64,000 bases of DNA from Paraspadella gotoi (taxonomy: Eukaryota; Animalia; Chaetognatha): positions 5,062,711 to 5,126,710 of the forward strand of contig JBJCIZ010000239.1 in assembly GCA_051294375.1 (NCBI GenBank), read 5' to 3'. Position 1 is the first letter of the stretch. Each line of letters opens with the position of its first letter. The notes under the pieces are model-generated. The model worked only from the letters and a program-made list of their open reading frames with translations. It had not been told where the DNA came from and ran no database searches. The translations under genes and the position numbers were made by a program. Of the stretch, positions 38,714 to 52,841 are shown in pieces.

Positions 38714-39929
38714 CTCTTTGAGGATTTTAAAGATTTGAAATTTTTTTTCAAATGAATCTTTTTCGGAGGCAAAGGTTAAAGATACAAACGTTTTAGGTTT
38801 ATATTAATTTTGACACTTTATCAATTTAGTTTCTTTTTTTGGGGGGAATGAATTAATATGAAGCCAAATAAATGGGCGGTTTTATTCGAAGTTGTATTTA
38901 ATAGAAAAATCTTTAACTAAAATTGTACAACGCCACAAAGTTTAAAAAAAGGGGATATAAATAAAAATAAAGAATTATGATTTGTTCTTATGTAATGAAA
39001 AAAGGGGATTCCATACCAAGGTATTTTCCAAATAATAAATATTAAAAATAAATAAAGAAATACAATAAACAAGCACCGAATTGTCAATTTAGCTTAGAAG
39101 ATAAATGTACCTAAAAGAAAAGCTTAACATTGAGATGAAAAAAAAATATAAATAAACGAAGAAAAAAGAGTAAATTCTTTTAAAGGTTAAATACTTTTCT
39201 GTGGAAAAAAAGAAAGAAAATTCCGTGACATCTCTGATCTTAGTCTCTCTCTCTCTCTCTCTCTCTCTNNNNNNNNNNNNNNNNNNNNNNNNNNNNNNNN
39301 NNNNNNNNNNNNNNNNNNNNNNNNNNNNNNNNNNNNNNNNNNNNNNNNNNNNNNNNNNNNNNNNNNNNNNNNNNNNNNNNNNNNNNNNNNNNNNNNNNNN
39401 NNNNNNNNNNNNNNNNNNNNNNNNNNNNNNNNNNNNNNNNNNNNNNNNNNNNNNNNNNNNNNNNNNNNNNNNNNNNNNNNNNNNNNNNNNNNNNNNNNNN
39501 NGTCGTCGTCGTCGTCGTTGTCGTCGTCGTTTTGATATTTCCACGGTTACGGATCTTCGTTTTTTATTTTGTTTTATCTTTGAGGTTTATTTTGATTTTT
39601 TGTATAGTTTTAAACTTGTACCAGGATTATTTTAATTTTCTTTAAAGGTTTAATATTGTCTATTTTTTTTTNNNNNNNNNNNNNNNNNNNNNNNNNNNNN
39701 NNNNNNNNNNNNNNNNNNNNNNNNNNNNNNNNNNNNNNNNNNNNNNNNNNNNNNNNNNNNAGAGAGAGGAGAGAGGGAGAGAGAGACGAAGAGATGAGAG
39801 AGATAGAGATTTCTGAGAGAGAGAGAAGACTGTCGCGAGAGAGGATGAGAGAGAGAGAGAGAGTGACCCGAGTGTTTTCTTATGAGCTGTGGTTTTGGCT
39901 ATACGTGAAAAAAAGTTATTTTTCTTTTA

Positions 39930-40270
39930 TGATAACTTGATGACATGATGATAACAAAATGACTTAATGCTAACTAAATGACATAATGATAACTAAATTA
40001 TACAATTATACCTAAATGACGTGATGATAACTAAGTGACATGATGATAACAAAATGACTTAATGTTAACTAAATGACATGATGATAACTAAGTGACATGA
40101 TGCTAACTAAATGACATCATGATAACTAAATGACATCATGATATCTAAATTACATGATGATAACCAAGTGACGTCATGATAACTAAATGACATGATTATA
40201 ACTACATGTCATAATAAAAACTAAATGACATAAAGATAACTATATGACATAATGATAACTGAATGACAAA
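39930..40270. repeat. ~19-20-bp minisatellite (ATGACATGATGATAACTAA)n
   Basis: Degenerate tandem units. Confidence 0.9.
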
Positions 40271-41689
40271 AGGTAAGAATTAAATAAAAAACTCACTAAT
40301 TTAATTCTTCTGTTATTAACATCCACGGGACCACGCCTTTCTCCTGTCACGGATTTTGTCAAACAATTTATAGACTTTCATATCGATGACGTCCCTTCGT
40401 CCCTTTGTCTGTCCATACATCATGTATGATGTATGATGTATGATACAATAACTCATGTGTTCGTTGTCAAGAATCAACCTGACGAAAAGAAAGGGTACGA
40501 ATCAATGACAAAGTTATGACACGCTCTGCCCCGAAAAAATACGAAATTGACAAAGGGGTTTAGTTAGAGATTAAAGTTAGGGTTTAGTTAAATATGTAGT
40601 TTAGTTTTAATCTAGAAATTAGGATTGGGGATCGCGTAGAGTATTTATAGTAAAGAGATTAAATACTCGGGTTAAAATTAAGTTCATGGATTAAAAACAG
40701 AAATTGGGCGTTGTCGGAAAAAAAGCGCCGTTTAAGCGTTTCAGTAATTTTGAAGACAGGTTTATAAATATTTTTATCAAAGAACCTGGAGAATTAATCA
40801 TTGTAAATATGTTTTGAATTAGTAACTAAGATGATTTCCCGACGGATTTCTGAAGGTGTGTTCTCATGTTTGCTTGCATAACCCTGTGTCTAAAACTCAA
40901 TTGGATCGAGAGAGAGGAGAGAGAGGAGGAGATGAAGTATGCGGAGACGATCGAGAGCTTGAAGACGGGAGCAAAGACTCGACGGAGGCAAGACATGAGA
41001 GAGAGCAGATACGCTCACCCTGGTCCTAGATAGAGGAGTGAGAGAGGATGAGAAACTGAGAGAAGATGAGCATGAGAGATGAAGAGACTTGTCATTTTTT
41101 TTTCGTTCTGTCCGAGAGTTTACAATTTATTTTCGTCTCCGCCAGCTCGGCCACACGAAATTCAGGCAAAACGACTATTCATTTTTGGAGTAACACCCAT
41201 AGAATAGAGACCAAAGTGGAGAGCCGAGAGAGAGAGGAGAGAGAGGAGAGAAGGAGAGAGAGACCGAGAGAGAGGAAGAAGGAGAGACGGAGAGGAGAGA
41301 GAGACGCGGATAGGAGAAGAAGAGAGGGAGATCATAGAGACGAGAGAGAGAGAGAAGAGAGAGAGGAGAGAGAGAGGTGAAACGGAGGATGAGAGAGATG
41401 AAGAGAAGAGAGGAGAGGGAGAGAGAGAGAGAGGAGAAAAGGAGAGACCTGTAGATGAGAGAGAGAGAGATTGACCGAGATAAACAATGACCCAAACGGA
41501 ATTTTGAGCTAATCATTTCCCAGTCGAGAATAAGAGTGAATCAATCAAACACTTTCGTTTGCAAAAGAAATCAAATTTATTTCCTCGGTTCGCATATTTC
41601 ATCTCCTACGTTCGCATAAGTCATCTGTTCGCACGATATGCGTCTTGAGAGATTTCGAGTCAGGTGACGCAAAAGAAAGGAGAGCCATG

Positions 41690-41881
41690 TTTTCAAATAG
41701 CGCCCCATTTCAGGTTAAATTTTTTAAAAAAGTGAGTTTTTTTTTGGTTTAAAGATTAGATTAGAAATTAGAGAAAGGAATCAGGTTTAGGGTTGGGATA
41801 TTTGAGGTCGGATTAAAATAAAATATTAGGGTAAAAATTAAATCCAAGGATTAAGAACAGAAATGGGGAGCTGTTGGAAAA
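41690..41881. mobile_element. MITE with ~22-bp TIRs and internal TTAGGG-like degenerate repeats
   Basis: TTTTCAAATAGCGCCCCATTTC ... GAAATGGGGAGCTGTTGGAAAA. Related right ends occur near 13467, 40700 and 51740. Confidence 0.55.
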
Positions 41882-42384
41882 TAGTATCGAAAAAGAGGAA
41901 CCTGATGTCATTTTGTTTCGGACTAAACGACGATTTACGATTTTATTTCGTTCGTGGATTCGAACGCTTGACTTTTGGGGACGAAGATTCTCGCCCGGGC
42001 CACGCCAGGTGTTAATTAATTATTCGGCAAAATATAAATAGTATTTTGTAAACATATATAGTCTAAGGGGAAGTTAACTACGAAATAGAATCAAATAGAT
42101 TAACGTTCAAAGAAAGCGATTTTGATTCAACACAAGTTATCTTCATCGATTTCTAGTCTAAATTGATTGGAAAGTTTTGCGTAACTTGTCTTTCAGTACT
42201 AAACTATAATTTATTGGGCTGTAAACACATCAAATGAATTGCGAATTGATTATAGTGAATGTTGATTTTAATAAGTGGTTTAGTAAATGTTAGAAAACTT
42301 TTACTGACATCAATACATCAATAACCATTGTTTCGAGAGATCTTAAGGCAAAAAGCGTTTTTGATTTGACTAACAATGAATAAT

Positions 42385-42510
<126 letters not shown>

Positions 42511-43818
42511 CGACTCATCTTGTCATTTGGATTAAAAGAGATTAATTAGCTCTCAATTGTTAAAAAAAACAATTGAACAATAAAATAAATAAAATTTAAT
42601 ATTCAGACATGCCTGCTCTTGTAAAATAAAATTCGTTGCAAAAATAAAATCAAACTTTGTTAATCTCTCAAACAACGAAAAAGAAAGGATAATTAGCATG
42701 TATACCTATCCTAATCAATATTCGATAGAAATCTATACTAAATTTAAAAAAGTTCAGTTGAATAATGAAAACTTCTTCTTAGCTTCAGAAGGGTCACGAA
42801 TACATTTAGCAATATTCAAAAATCAGTCCAATTATTCAAGATTACAATAAATGTATGAAATCACGTGATGCAAAAAAATCAGTGAAACAACGAATATTTT
42901 TTTCTATTTGCCTCAGAAGCGTCTTTCGTACATTCATCAAAATTATTTTCGTATTGAATACTTTAAACGTTGGTGAAGTCTAGTGGAGGTAAGTGGGTCG
43001 GTCGGTCTGACCTTCGATCTGTCAGTCTGTCAGTCAGTCCGTCGATGTCCAGTCATCATTTTCCTTCTGATTTGTGGGGAATCGTCTTTGTCTTAGCCCT
43101 TTGTTTGGCCAAGTTGCGTCNNNNNNNNNNNNNNNNNNNNNNNNNNNNNNNNNNNNNNNNNNNNNNNNNNNNNNNNNNNNNNNNNNNNNNNNNNNNNNNN
43201 NNNNNNNNNNNNNNNNNNNNNNNNNNNNNNNNNNNNNNNNNNNNNNNNNNNNNNNNNNNNNNNNNNNNNNNNNNNNNNNNNNNNNNNNNNNNNNNNNNNN
43301 NNNNNNNNNNNNNNNNNNNNNNNNNNNNNNNNNNNNNNNNNNNNNNNNNNNNNNNNNNNNNNNNNNNNNNNNNNNNNNNNNNNNNNNNNNNNNNNNNNNN
43401 NNNNNNNNNNNNNNNNNNNNNNNNNNNNNNNNNNNNNNNNNNNNNNNNNNNCGTCGTCGTCGTCGTCGTCGTCGTTTTCCTCACTCAATTGTAGTCCCAA
43501 TTGTAAAATAAATCCTTCTCTCTCAAAGTTGGCGTCGACTGCAACGATGACGATGACGAAGATGATGACGACGATAACGAAGATGATGACAATGACGCCG
43601 CAGACGATGACGAGGATGACGATAATGACAATGATTAACTCGAAGATGATGAAACCGATGATAATGACGGTGACAACGACGATGTCGACGATGACAAAGA
43701 TAATGAAAATTATAAATATAATTATAAATGACATATTGAGGAAAATCACAACCTTATTCATACGACGCTATTCGCATTTTTTTGTTGTGTCAATGAAAAC
43801 AACCTTATTTGGCAATTA

Positions 43819-43853
<35 letters not shown>

Positions 43854-44082
43854 NNNNNNNNNNNNNNNNNNNNNNNNNNNNNNNNNNNNNNNNNNNNNNN
43901 NNNNNNNNNNNNNNNNNNNNNNNNNNNNNNNNNNNNNNNNNNNNNNNNNNNNNNNNNNNNNNNNNNNNNNNNNNNNNNNNNNNNNNNNNNNNNNNNNNNN
44001 NNNNNNNNNNNNNNNNNNNNNNNNNNNNNNNNNNNNNNNNNNNNNNNNNNNNNNNNNNNNNNNNNNNNNNNNNNNNNNNNNN

Positions 44083-44119
<37 letters not shown>

Positions 44120-44319
44120 CCTCCATCGACTCATCCGCGAAGATCACAACTAAAGATATTTTTCCTGACACAAACGATCCTTTCTTCTTAGACTTTGATG
44201 TTCGCCGACGCTCTGACATAAATATCATAGAGTCACGTATCATATCTTTAATGATATTTAATTTGGAAAATAACATAAACGGAAAAAAAACTGTGCAAAA
44301 GAAGGTAATAAGAAGAATC

Positions 44320-44490
44320 TGAAAATCTGAAAAATTGAAAATCTTAAAATCTTAATATCATAAAATCATAAAATCATATAGTTCTAAAATTCTAAAATTC
44401 TAAAATTCTAAAATTCTAAAATTCCAAAATTCCAAAATTTTCAAATAATAAAATCATGAAATCATAAAATCATAAAATCTTAAAATCTTC
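44320..44490. repeat. 8-9-bp tandem repeat (AAAATCAT/AAAATTCT)n
   Basis: Degenerate tandem array. Confidence 0.85.
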
Positions 44491-45209
44491 AATTTTTAAA
44501 CTCTACAAGCCTTTTTAAATTAATATTTAACTTTTATTTTTCCTCTGAACATTTCCATTCTTCCTCGTTCTCTTTTCCTTTCTCTTTTACATCAACTGCC
44601 TACAAACACCGAATCTCCATGAATCTGCCACAAATCTCTCTTCACGCGAAAAACTTTTATTTTCGTCTCATGCTCGTCGCTTTTATACACGTTAAATAAA
44701 ATTACCCAAATAAAATGATTTAAGCCCAAAAAATTTTAAAACGAACCCCCCAAAATGCTTTAGCCAACATTTTTTTTTTCATTTCTGACTAAACTTTTTT
44801 CGCCCGACAGGTCGGGGGTCGCGAAATGATTTTAAAACGGACAAGGCGATTTTTCGGGGGTCGCGAGAGAGAATTTAGGGTAGTTGTTGTAAAGACTGGG
44901 TATAAAATAAAAGGTCTTGGGGAAAAGGTTGATACATAGCTTTAATTGTAATTTGTGTTGCATTTTGATAAAGCTGTCTTTGATTTGGTAAACTTTTAGT
45001 CTGATTTGTTAAAATGTTAAATTAATTTTTCAAATTTTTTTAATTTGTTTATTTCTTTATTTCTTTCTTTCTTTCTTTCTTTCTTTCTCTCTTTCTCTCT
45101 TTCTTTCTTTTTTTTCTTTCAGACCTTTAGGCGATCTTTTCAAATGCCGGTTGCCATAAAAGGTGATAAAACATCTTTTGTTTGATTTTCTGCCCATGAC
45201 GACGACGAC

Positions 45210-45270
<61 letters not shown>

Positions 45271-45546
45271 CAGCATACAAAATATTACAGGCTAAGGGGT
45301 TTTGACCAAAAAAAAATTAGGGCGCGTGTCTCAAGTCGGAGGATGAGTCAGGCCAAATCCTATGAGCTCGGGAAGAGCAAATTTAATTGAGGGGAAGAGC
45401 GGAATGAGCTGGGTCAAGGGGAGGAGGAAGAGCGGAGAGATGAGGAGGAGGGATGGAGGGAAGGAGGGACGGAAGTAGAGAAAATGTGTCACAGATTTAT
45501 GGACTCGTTTCATTGAAGACTATGAATGAGAGTAGAGAGAGAGAGC

Positions 45547-45583
<37 letters not shown>

Positions 45584-48240
45584 TTTCATATTTATGCCAA
45601 AAATATATGGGTGAAGATATTTCATCTCTTGATCTGAGCGATTGTAGAAAAAGGGAACAAAGAATTTTGTTTTTTTCTGAGAGCATAATTGTTTTTGAAT
45701 AACATATTAATATATAATATATGATTCTGTATTTTGAAGTAAGTCAATTAAAAAAAATTTCATGACAATGATCAATCCAAAAGTTGCTTATCCGAATATT
45801 ATTTTGATACTACAGCAATTAATAAAACGCTCAATAAACTAGTTTCAACAGGATTACTTTTTACCTTGAGATAACCGAGAAATCGCCAACATTCGCTTTG
45901 AACGAGGATTCGATTTTACGAAGTCTGACGGCTTTTAACGAGCTTTTTTTAGAACAAAATTCATTTCTAAATTCTAAAAAAACTTTAAGTATGATTAATT
46001 TAGTCGTCGTCGTTGTCGTCGTCCCTGTCAATGAATACAAAAGCAAGAACGGCGAACATACGGCCCACACATTGCCGACACATTGCCCACAGATTTCCCC
46101 CACACATTCTCCACGCACCGAGTCGATTCGTCGGTCCACGCGAGATTCCTCGTCAAACGGACACACACCCCCAATCGTACAACCCGACTGAAAAGACCGA
46201 CCGACCGACCAAAGGACCGACAGACCGACCGACGCGAAGGTCCCATAAAAAGTCGCTCTCACAATAACAATCGAAATACTCGCATGGGAGACGTTGAGTG
46301 TTGCGGGGGGGGGACGGAGGGGGGGGGGCAAAATAGTTTTCTTTTTTTTTTCAGATCCCCGAGAGATTAGGGTGGAGGCTTAGGAGAGAGAATGGGAGGG
46401 AAGGGTCGATAAGTCGTTAAGTATTAGGGTGGAGCGATTTGAAGATTGTGTGTTAGCGGTATGATAATATTTCTTATCATTTTTTTTTTTTAAGCTTTAT
46501 CAATTTTTTTTGTCCGTATTACGAAGAAAATAAAAATAATATTTTCTCTGTATGGTTTTTATTTCTAGAATAAAAAAACTTTAATAAAATATAGTTTATT
46601 ATTTTTAAATGTTATTAGAATTATTAAAGAATTATTATGAATTATATATATTATATAATTATTATATAATATATATAATTATTATATAGTAAATAATTAT
46701 TAATATAATTATTATTGTATATGCTAAAACTTTCATACAAGTATAAATTTATGCTAACAACTTTTTAAAAAAATATTATTTTGTATGGATAGGATAGGTT
46801 TATAGTATATTCTGATATGGTTCCACTAATAATATATCTACATTGGATAAGAATCCTATTAAAATACTGTTACATATATATTTATCTTTTTTTTTTCTGA
46901 AAAGAAAACAGAGCAAACAAATAATTGCGGGAATGGTTGCAAAAATATCTTATGTCAAAAATAAATGTGAACAAAAAAAAAAAATCAGGGAACAAAGTCA
47001 AACAATCTTAAATAAAATTTTTAGTTCCCGACGCTTTTATCCACCCTAGTGAGTAATCCCTTATTCAACTCGTCCTATTTAAGTCTCTTTATTTCCAAAC
47101 GGAATGTCATAAGACTCCCCTTCACCGCCCCCCTCCCCATTTTCTTCACCTCGCGCTCGCGCGCGCCCCCCGACGGCCAAATTGACGCGGGACGACCCCA
47201 AACGTCGCGACACGCCCACGTCTCGCGTTTAAAGCCGACGCGAAGCTGCCCGCCTTATTTGTAGTAATTTTCGACGGAGATCAAGAGCAAGAGTACAAGA
47301 CAATGATCTGAATTGATATATATATTTTCGGCTTTCGACCGTCGAAAAAAATCTGCAGATTGGATTTTCTAATGATGATAAGAGGATTTTACTGACGGTA
47401 AGTGAAATTTTTGTGATAATATATTCGATTCCCGATCGGAAGAATTCCATGAGAGGACGAAAATACGAGGCGGTCAATAGTAAAAAGTCGAAACGTCACG
47501 AGGATCACAAGGTCAGGTGAGGTCAAAAAAGATCAGATTCGTTCAAAGAAAGATCAACATGTCAAAAATGGGCGAAGTTGAATATTCAAAATGGAGCAGA
47601 ATTGAATAAGGATTGGAAATTACTCTTTATGTTATAAATATAGATTGATTATTTTAGACGATTGATGAAAATTAATTGATCATCTCTTAGCAAAAGATTA
47701 AAGAACCCGCAGTGACGTTGTGACTTTTTAAATCCTGTCATAAACTTTGTCCCCTTTATGAGGAAAATCACCAAAAAGTTCCTTTCACGCTCTCATATCC
47801 AATCCATTCTCGACTCTCTCCCTCTCCCTCCCCCTCCGCGAGCCACTGCGAAAAAAACCATTCACGAGATAATATAAAATGGCGTTGATATATGAAAATG
47901 CCTACCACTGCCTCGTGAACGAGGAGAGAGAGGAAAAGAAGGAGAGAGAGAGGAAGAGAGACGAGTAGAAAGATTTGTGAAGTTGAGAGTCACTTATCCT
48001 TTTTTTTGAAATAGTGAGGAATCGTAAGATCGAGTGGACTCGAATGGTTACGATCGATATCTCACCTCATTTTCTTTTAAGCGGCCGTTTTGCTCCTTTA
48101 AAGGCGCAAGCCTCTGCTCACTTTTGTCACTTAGATGATAAGGCCTCTCCTTCACGTGTTACCTCGCTACTGTAAAGACGACGAATTCTACACGTCTTCT
48201 AAAGGCACAAATAACCTTCACATTCTGTGCGCTCCAATCT

Positions 48241-48680
48241 AGGCACGCACAATGAGGCGGGTGAACTTTGCTATGCGATCGGGACTACATGCCCCACAGA
48301 TTGTAACCCAAGCCCTGCACTGACTTGCCAGTGGAAGGAGAGGGGAGCATCTTCAGTAACGTCCACTGGTCCTGGAAATCAGAAGGTTGGAATACGTCTC
48401 GAACAAGATGCGCTCACCTAGTAGCAAGCCATGGAGAAACAAGTCCTGGTAGCTTGAACTACAGGCATTTGAAGGGATTTTCCACAAGGACGGCCTTACG
48501 GCCGTCCGTCAGCACTTGTCCCAGCAGGGTAGGAACCGGGTTGGGAGAATTAAACCTCGGTACCCAAAGTGGTCCATGAAGCTGATGACATTTACTCAAT
48601 GAGGCCACCGGGTCAGGACTGAAAAGGTGACATGCTTATAGGCGGGTGAACTTTAGCTAATGTCACCGACTAACCTAAAG
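48241..48680 (+). ncRNA. divergent copy (B) of the structured repeat RNA, preceded by an extra 3'-end module
   Basis: Shared motifs GCCATGGA, GTCCTGG..CTTG(G)AAC..CAGGC, CAAGGA, AGCTGATG..TTACTCAAT, CCGG.TC, ACTGAA, CATGCTTATAGGCGGGTGAACTT and CCGACTA. Stems have compensatory sequence. Confidence 0.5.
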
Positions 48681-51600
48681 GAGAAGTAAAGAAACCTGAG
48701 AAAATTACGTAAAAGGTATATACTAAAATTTAAATATGTTAAAAAATAAATATTTCCTCTCACTTGGTTGGGACGTCATCGTCGTATCGTGTAACTAAAA
48801 ACTTCCTCCATTGATACGCTGATTTTGTGCATTGTGAAATAACCCAACTCGAGCGAGAATCCATCGATTATTATTAACTCGATATTGACAAAATGAGATT
48901 TTCAGCCGCTCAGACCGGAAACCCGTTTAATCGAAAGACCCCCAAGCCCCGAATACCGCCCGGTCCCAAAGAGAAGGAAACGAAGAAGAAGAGAGAGAGA
49001 GGATGACGGTGTGAGGAAAGAGAAGAGAATGAAGAAGAGAGAGGAGAAAGGAGGAGAAAAAAACCGGAATCGTCAACTTAGAATGTGAAGACACAAAAAT
49101 AGCAACAACAATTGCCTTACGACAGACGGAGACAACAACAAAAACGAACGGACGACCGGGACAACCCGGCCGTAGTATGAAAAGGGTATGACTTATTGTG
49201 TTTTTGATTAGTTTGTCCATTTCCGCCATTTCGCCGCGACGACGAAATTAGGCCCAGACCAGGGCGGCACTCTTGCACGTAATAGGAGAGATTAGTATAT
49301 CTATAAGATACCCAGAGTGGAATGAGGGTGGGCCGGGGAGATGTGCGTGGAAAAGCGCAGAAAGGTTCCTATTCCTGGTTAACCTAATTATTTCACCCAC
49401 ACCCCCGTGTCTCGGATGCGTTCGTGGTGACTCTCTCTCTCGTGTGCGATCTGCTACTCTCGATTCTCTTCTTTTCACTCATAGTATCACCTCTACAGCC
49501 CTATGGCCTGCCTGACGTACAAGCTCAGTACTCTGCTCTATCTCATACTCCGTAAACCAATGGCTCGACAAATTATACTTATAACACTCTTTTCATATCC
49601 CTAATTTTATCTCGTTACTGAATTCTTCTGTTTTCTCACCCCATAGAACCGGGCAAAACTCTTGGAGACACATGAGAGAGAGTTGAAGGGATGTGAGAGA
49701 TAGAGATTGGAGGAGAAGGAGAGAACAAAAGAGAGAGAGACAGAGAAAGAGAAGTATATCAACACACAATCCGGCCCGAATTGAACTTCATTAATCGCGT
49801 GGGTGAAAAATAATTTCGTTCCCCTTATTAATTCCGCACTCCTTTGTGTCTTTAAAAATTTCTTTTGACACCCAACTCGGATTGAAGGAAGTAGTCACGT
49901 GCAATGAATTCTGTATACTTAACGTGTATGAAGAGTTGGAAGAATAAGGAGCAAAGGTCAGGGAGAGAGAGAGACGCGGAGAAGAACAAAGAGAGAGAGA
50001 AAAGAGAGAGAAGAGACGAGAGGAGAGAGAACCGGAGAGAAGAGCAGAGGAGAAGCGAGAGAAGAGAGAGAGAGATACAGAAGATTAGGGAATCTTGTGA
50101 CTATCATGGAGATCCGCAAGAGTCGGCGGTGAAAGAAATAGTGTGGAATAAAGTTAGAAGAGACAGAGAGAAGAGACGAGAAGGGCAATGAGGACGAACG
50201 AGAGAATACAGAGGAAGAAAATATTTCTAGGAAATTGAAGAGGATGACGAGAGATGAAGAGTAGTGTGTGTGAGAACAAGGCAAGTGAAGATATCTAAAA
50301 TAATAAGAGTTAGAAAATTATCTTTTATTAAATTTTAAAATTATGTTTTACTATTTAGTCCCATTTATATGTCTTTTCTGATTTTATTATCTATTGCATC
50401 ATGAAATTGGTGTAATTCAATAAGAAAAAAATATCCCTACTCCATTAAATAACTACACGTTATCGTTAAACGATGATTCTTGTAGTTAGTAAATATAGTT
50501 TCATGATATTCATTAAGCTGAAGCCAAAAAAAGTGTGCTATGACCTTCTGCATCTGAGAAAAAAATATAATTGTCTTTATCGTATTTCTTGAGTTTTGAT
50601 CTGAAAATTAGTTTGCAGTGATCCTCTAAATTCAAAACACCTATTTGTACTTTTTTCTCCCACTTTTTGTTCTGTGTATAGTCCTTGTACTTACTATGTT
50701 GTTCTGCTTTTTTTTATACTCCGATTAATTTCCCTTATTTGAATTATAGTATTTGGCCGGACCTTTGTTTAATAATAACATTCCTTACTAAATAAATCTG
50801 AAGAAGCCTGCGATTAAATAGTGACAATTAATTATGGTAAAGTAAATTCTTCCACTTTCAACAATTCCCGTTTCAACGCTATGGCAAATGAGATTCGTAT
50901 TGACAAAGGAAGACAGAAAAGTATTGAAACACGTCAACTCATTCATAATAAAAAAAAAAAGTTAAAATAAAAACTAGCATAGAAAGACATCTGTTATCAA
51001 ATGATTAATATAAAATAAGGTTTTGTCAAAATAATTTACCCCTGCCAATAAAATATGAAAATTAGCGAAAGATCCAACAAAATATACTCACATCAAGGAA
51101 ATGTAAAACTTCGTCTCCTCTTAAAATACACTACATCGCGCCAAAAGAATTTCGCTTCCTTCCCGTGATTTTGTACACCATTCTTGGCGTTTTGCAAATC
51201 TCTGTTTTAATTTCTAAGGGAATATGTTCCAAGATATTTATACGCCCACCCAGACAAAAAATACGAGAATATCCAATGAATATTTGAGCGTCGCGGCGAT
51301 AGATTTTCTAGCTTACGAATTATTACTATACTAAGACTCATAACAACCAGGAGTTAGGCATTAAGAAAAGCAAAATAGGTAACCAACGTATATGCTTCAT
51401 TAAATGACGCATCTGAGACATGCTAATCAATATTTTCGTTATTGGCGCTTTATGTGTTCTCGCAAAGCGCTCGTGATCTATCCTGGATTCCCTATAACTT
51501 AACAAAAGTTTACGAGTGCTAACTGCTTAATCTTTTTTACTTCAAAATATTGTAAATTCTTAATCTCTAACTCGAGATCCCTACATATCTAACTCTACAC

Positions 51601-52841
51601 TGATCGTTTGCTAACCTCACTCTGTTTTTTATCCCCATTATCCTAATCTTTAAACTAATCCTAACAGATCCTAACCTAATCGTCTATCCCTATCCTAATC
51701 TTAAATCTAAACACAAAACATAATTACGAATTTTAAACTGAAATGGGGAGCTTTCGGAAAAAGATGGGCAGGTTTACAAGAAGAGATGAAGTAGAAAAAT
51801 ATATTTTTCTTATTAAGTTATTACCGGAACATATAATTCGAATACATAAAGAAAATATGGGGTGCGTCAAACTCACATGCGACAAATTTCGAATCGTCGG
51901 CTAATCTTATAATCTATGCATCTATGCATATCTATACACACAGAAAAAGAGTCAAGAATGTTGGAACGTTTAAAGACCAATGACCCTTTATTTTCTCCGG
52001 TCCTGAACCGGCATTATGAATATACCAAGGTATCATTGAAGTGAAGTAAATACTTTTGATTTTCGAAACAATATCTATGTAAGATTGTTAAAAAAGAAAC
52101 ATATACTTTCATCCATCTTAGTCCAACCGTATATATTGAAAATATTCAAATATATGTAAATTGGCTATTATGAGTTTCCTACTGGTCCCAGGCTTTCTGC
52201 GCCCCTTGAATCCGCGGAACTGATTTCTTCAACCGACTTTGATGGCTGCCGCCTTTCTTTTAAGGTCGTCAAATACGAGATCCCTCCACCTGTTACCCTT
52301 ATCTAATTCAACACAGGTTAGCTTCAAAGCCACCGGAACTTCAACCGTCACCCGCCGGGATAATCTCAAAGCAAACTCAAAAAACTTGTCTCTCTACTTC
52401 CACAAAAAACGCCTCACTCAGCAATCCGGCCATCAATCTTCTGACAGACGGCGCGAAGAAGGGCCAGAGCAAGAAAGACGGCGCACCCGAAGTAGACTCA
52501 CCGAGTCGCTGCATTGAACTCTGCATAATCCAACTGTCTATTCCCGCGCACTTATGCCTAATAGCGGAAGCCGCTGATGATCGATATACAATATCGTCAC
52601 GAAACCATGAAAACGAGGGTCGAATAGAAAGAGTGACCACAGAGTCCAGCGTATTTCCATTTTTTTCATTTTGAGATTACTGGCTCAGAGCATCATAACA
52701 CGAACAATCAATGCGAAACTCAAAGGACTGCGGAGATATAGTGATGAACGCTTTATTCGGCACGAGGCCGGAATTTGTGTAACGAAACGAATCTCTGCGC
52801 GATGAATAAAGCNNNNNNNNNNNNNNNNNNNNNNNNNTCAC

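Noticed and set aside
40555-40720. Interstitial telomeric repeats
   Set aside because: These are only degenerate TTAGGG-like words within a MITE-like family, not a true array.
43529-43700. Acidic or M/T-rich ORFs, also at 55495-55930
   Set aside because: They are degenerate (GAT/GAC)n tracts with no splice or frame support.
52574-52605. Hammerhead-like CTGATGA...GAAAC
   Set aside because: There is no G-C pair closing stem II and no stem I. It is better explained as a simple hairpin.
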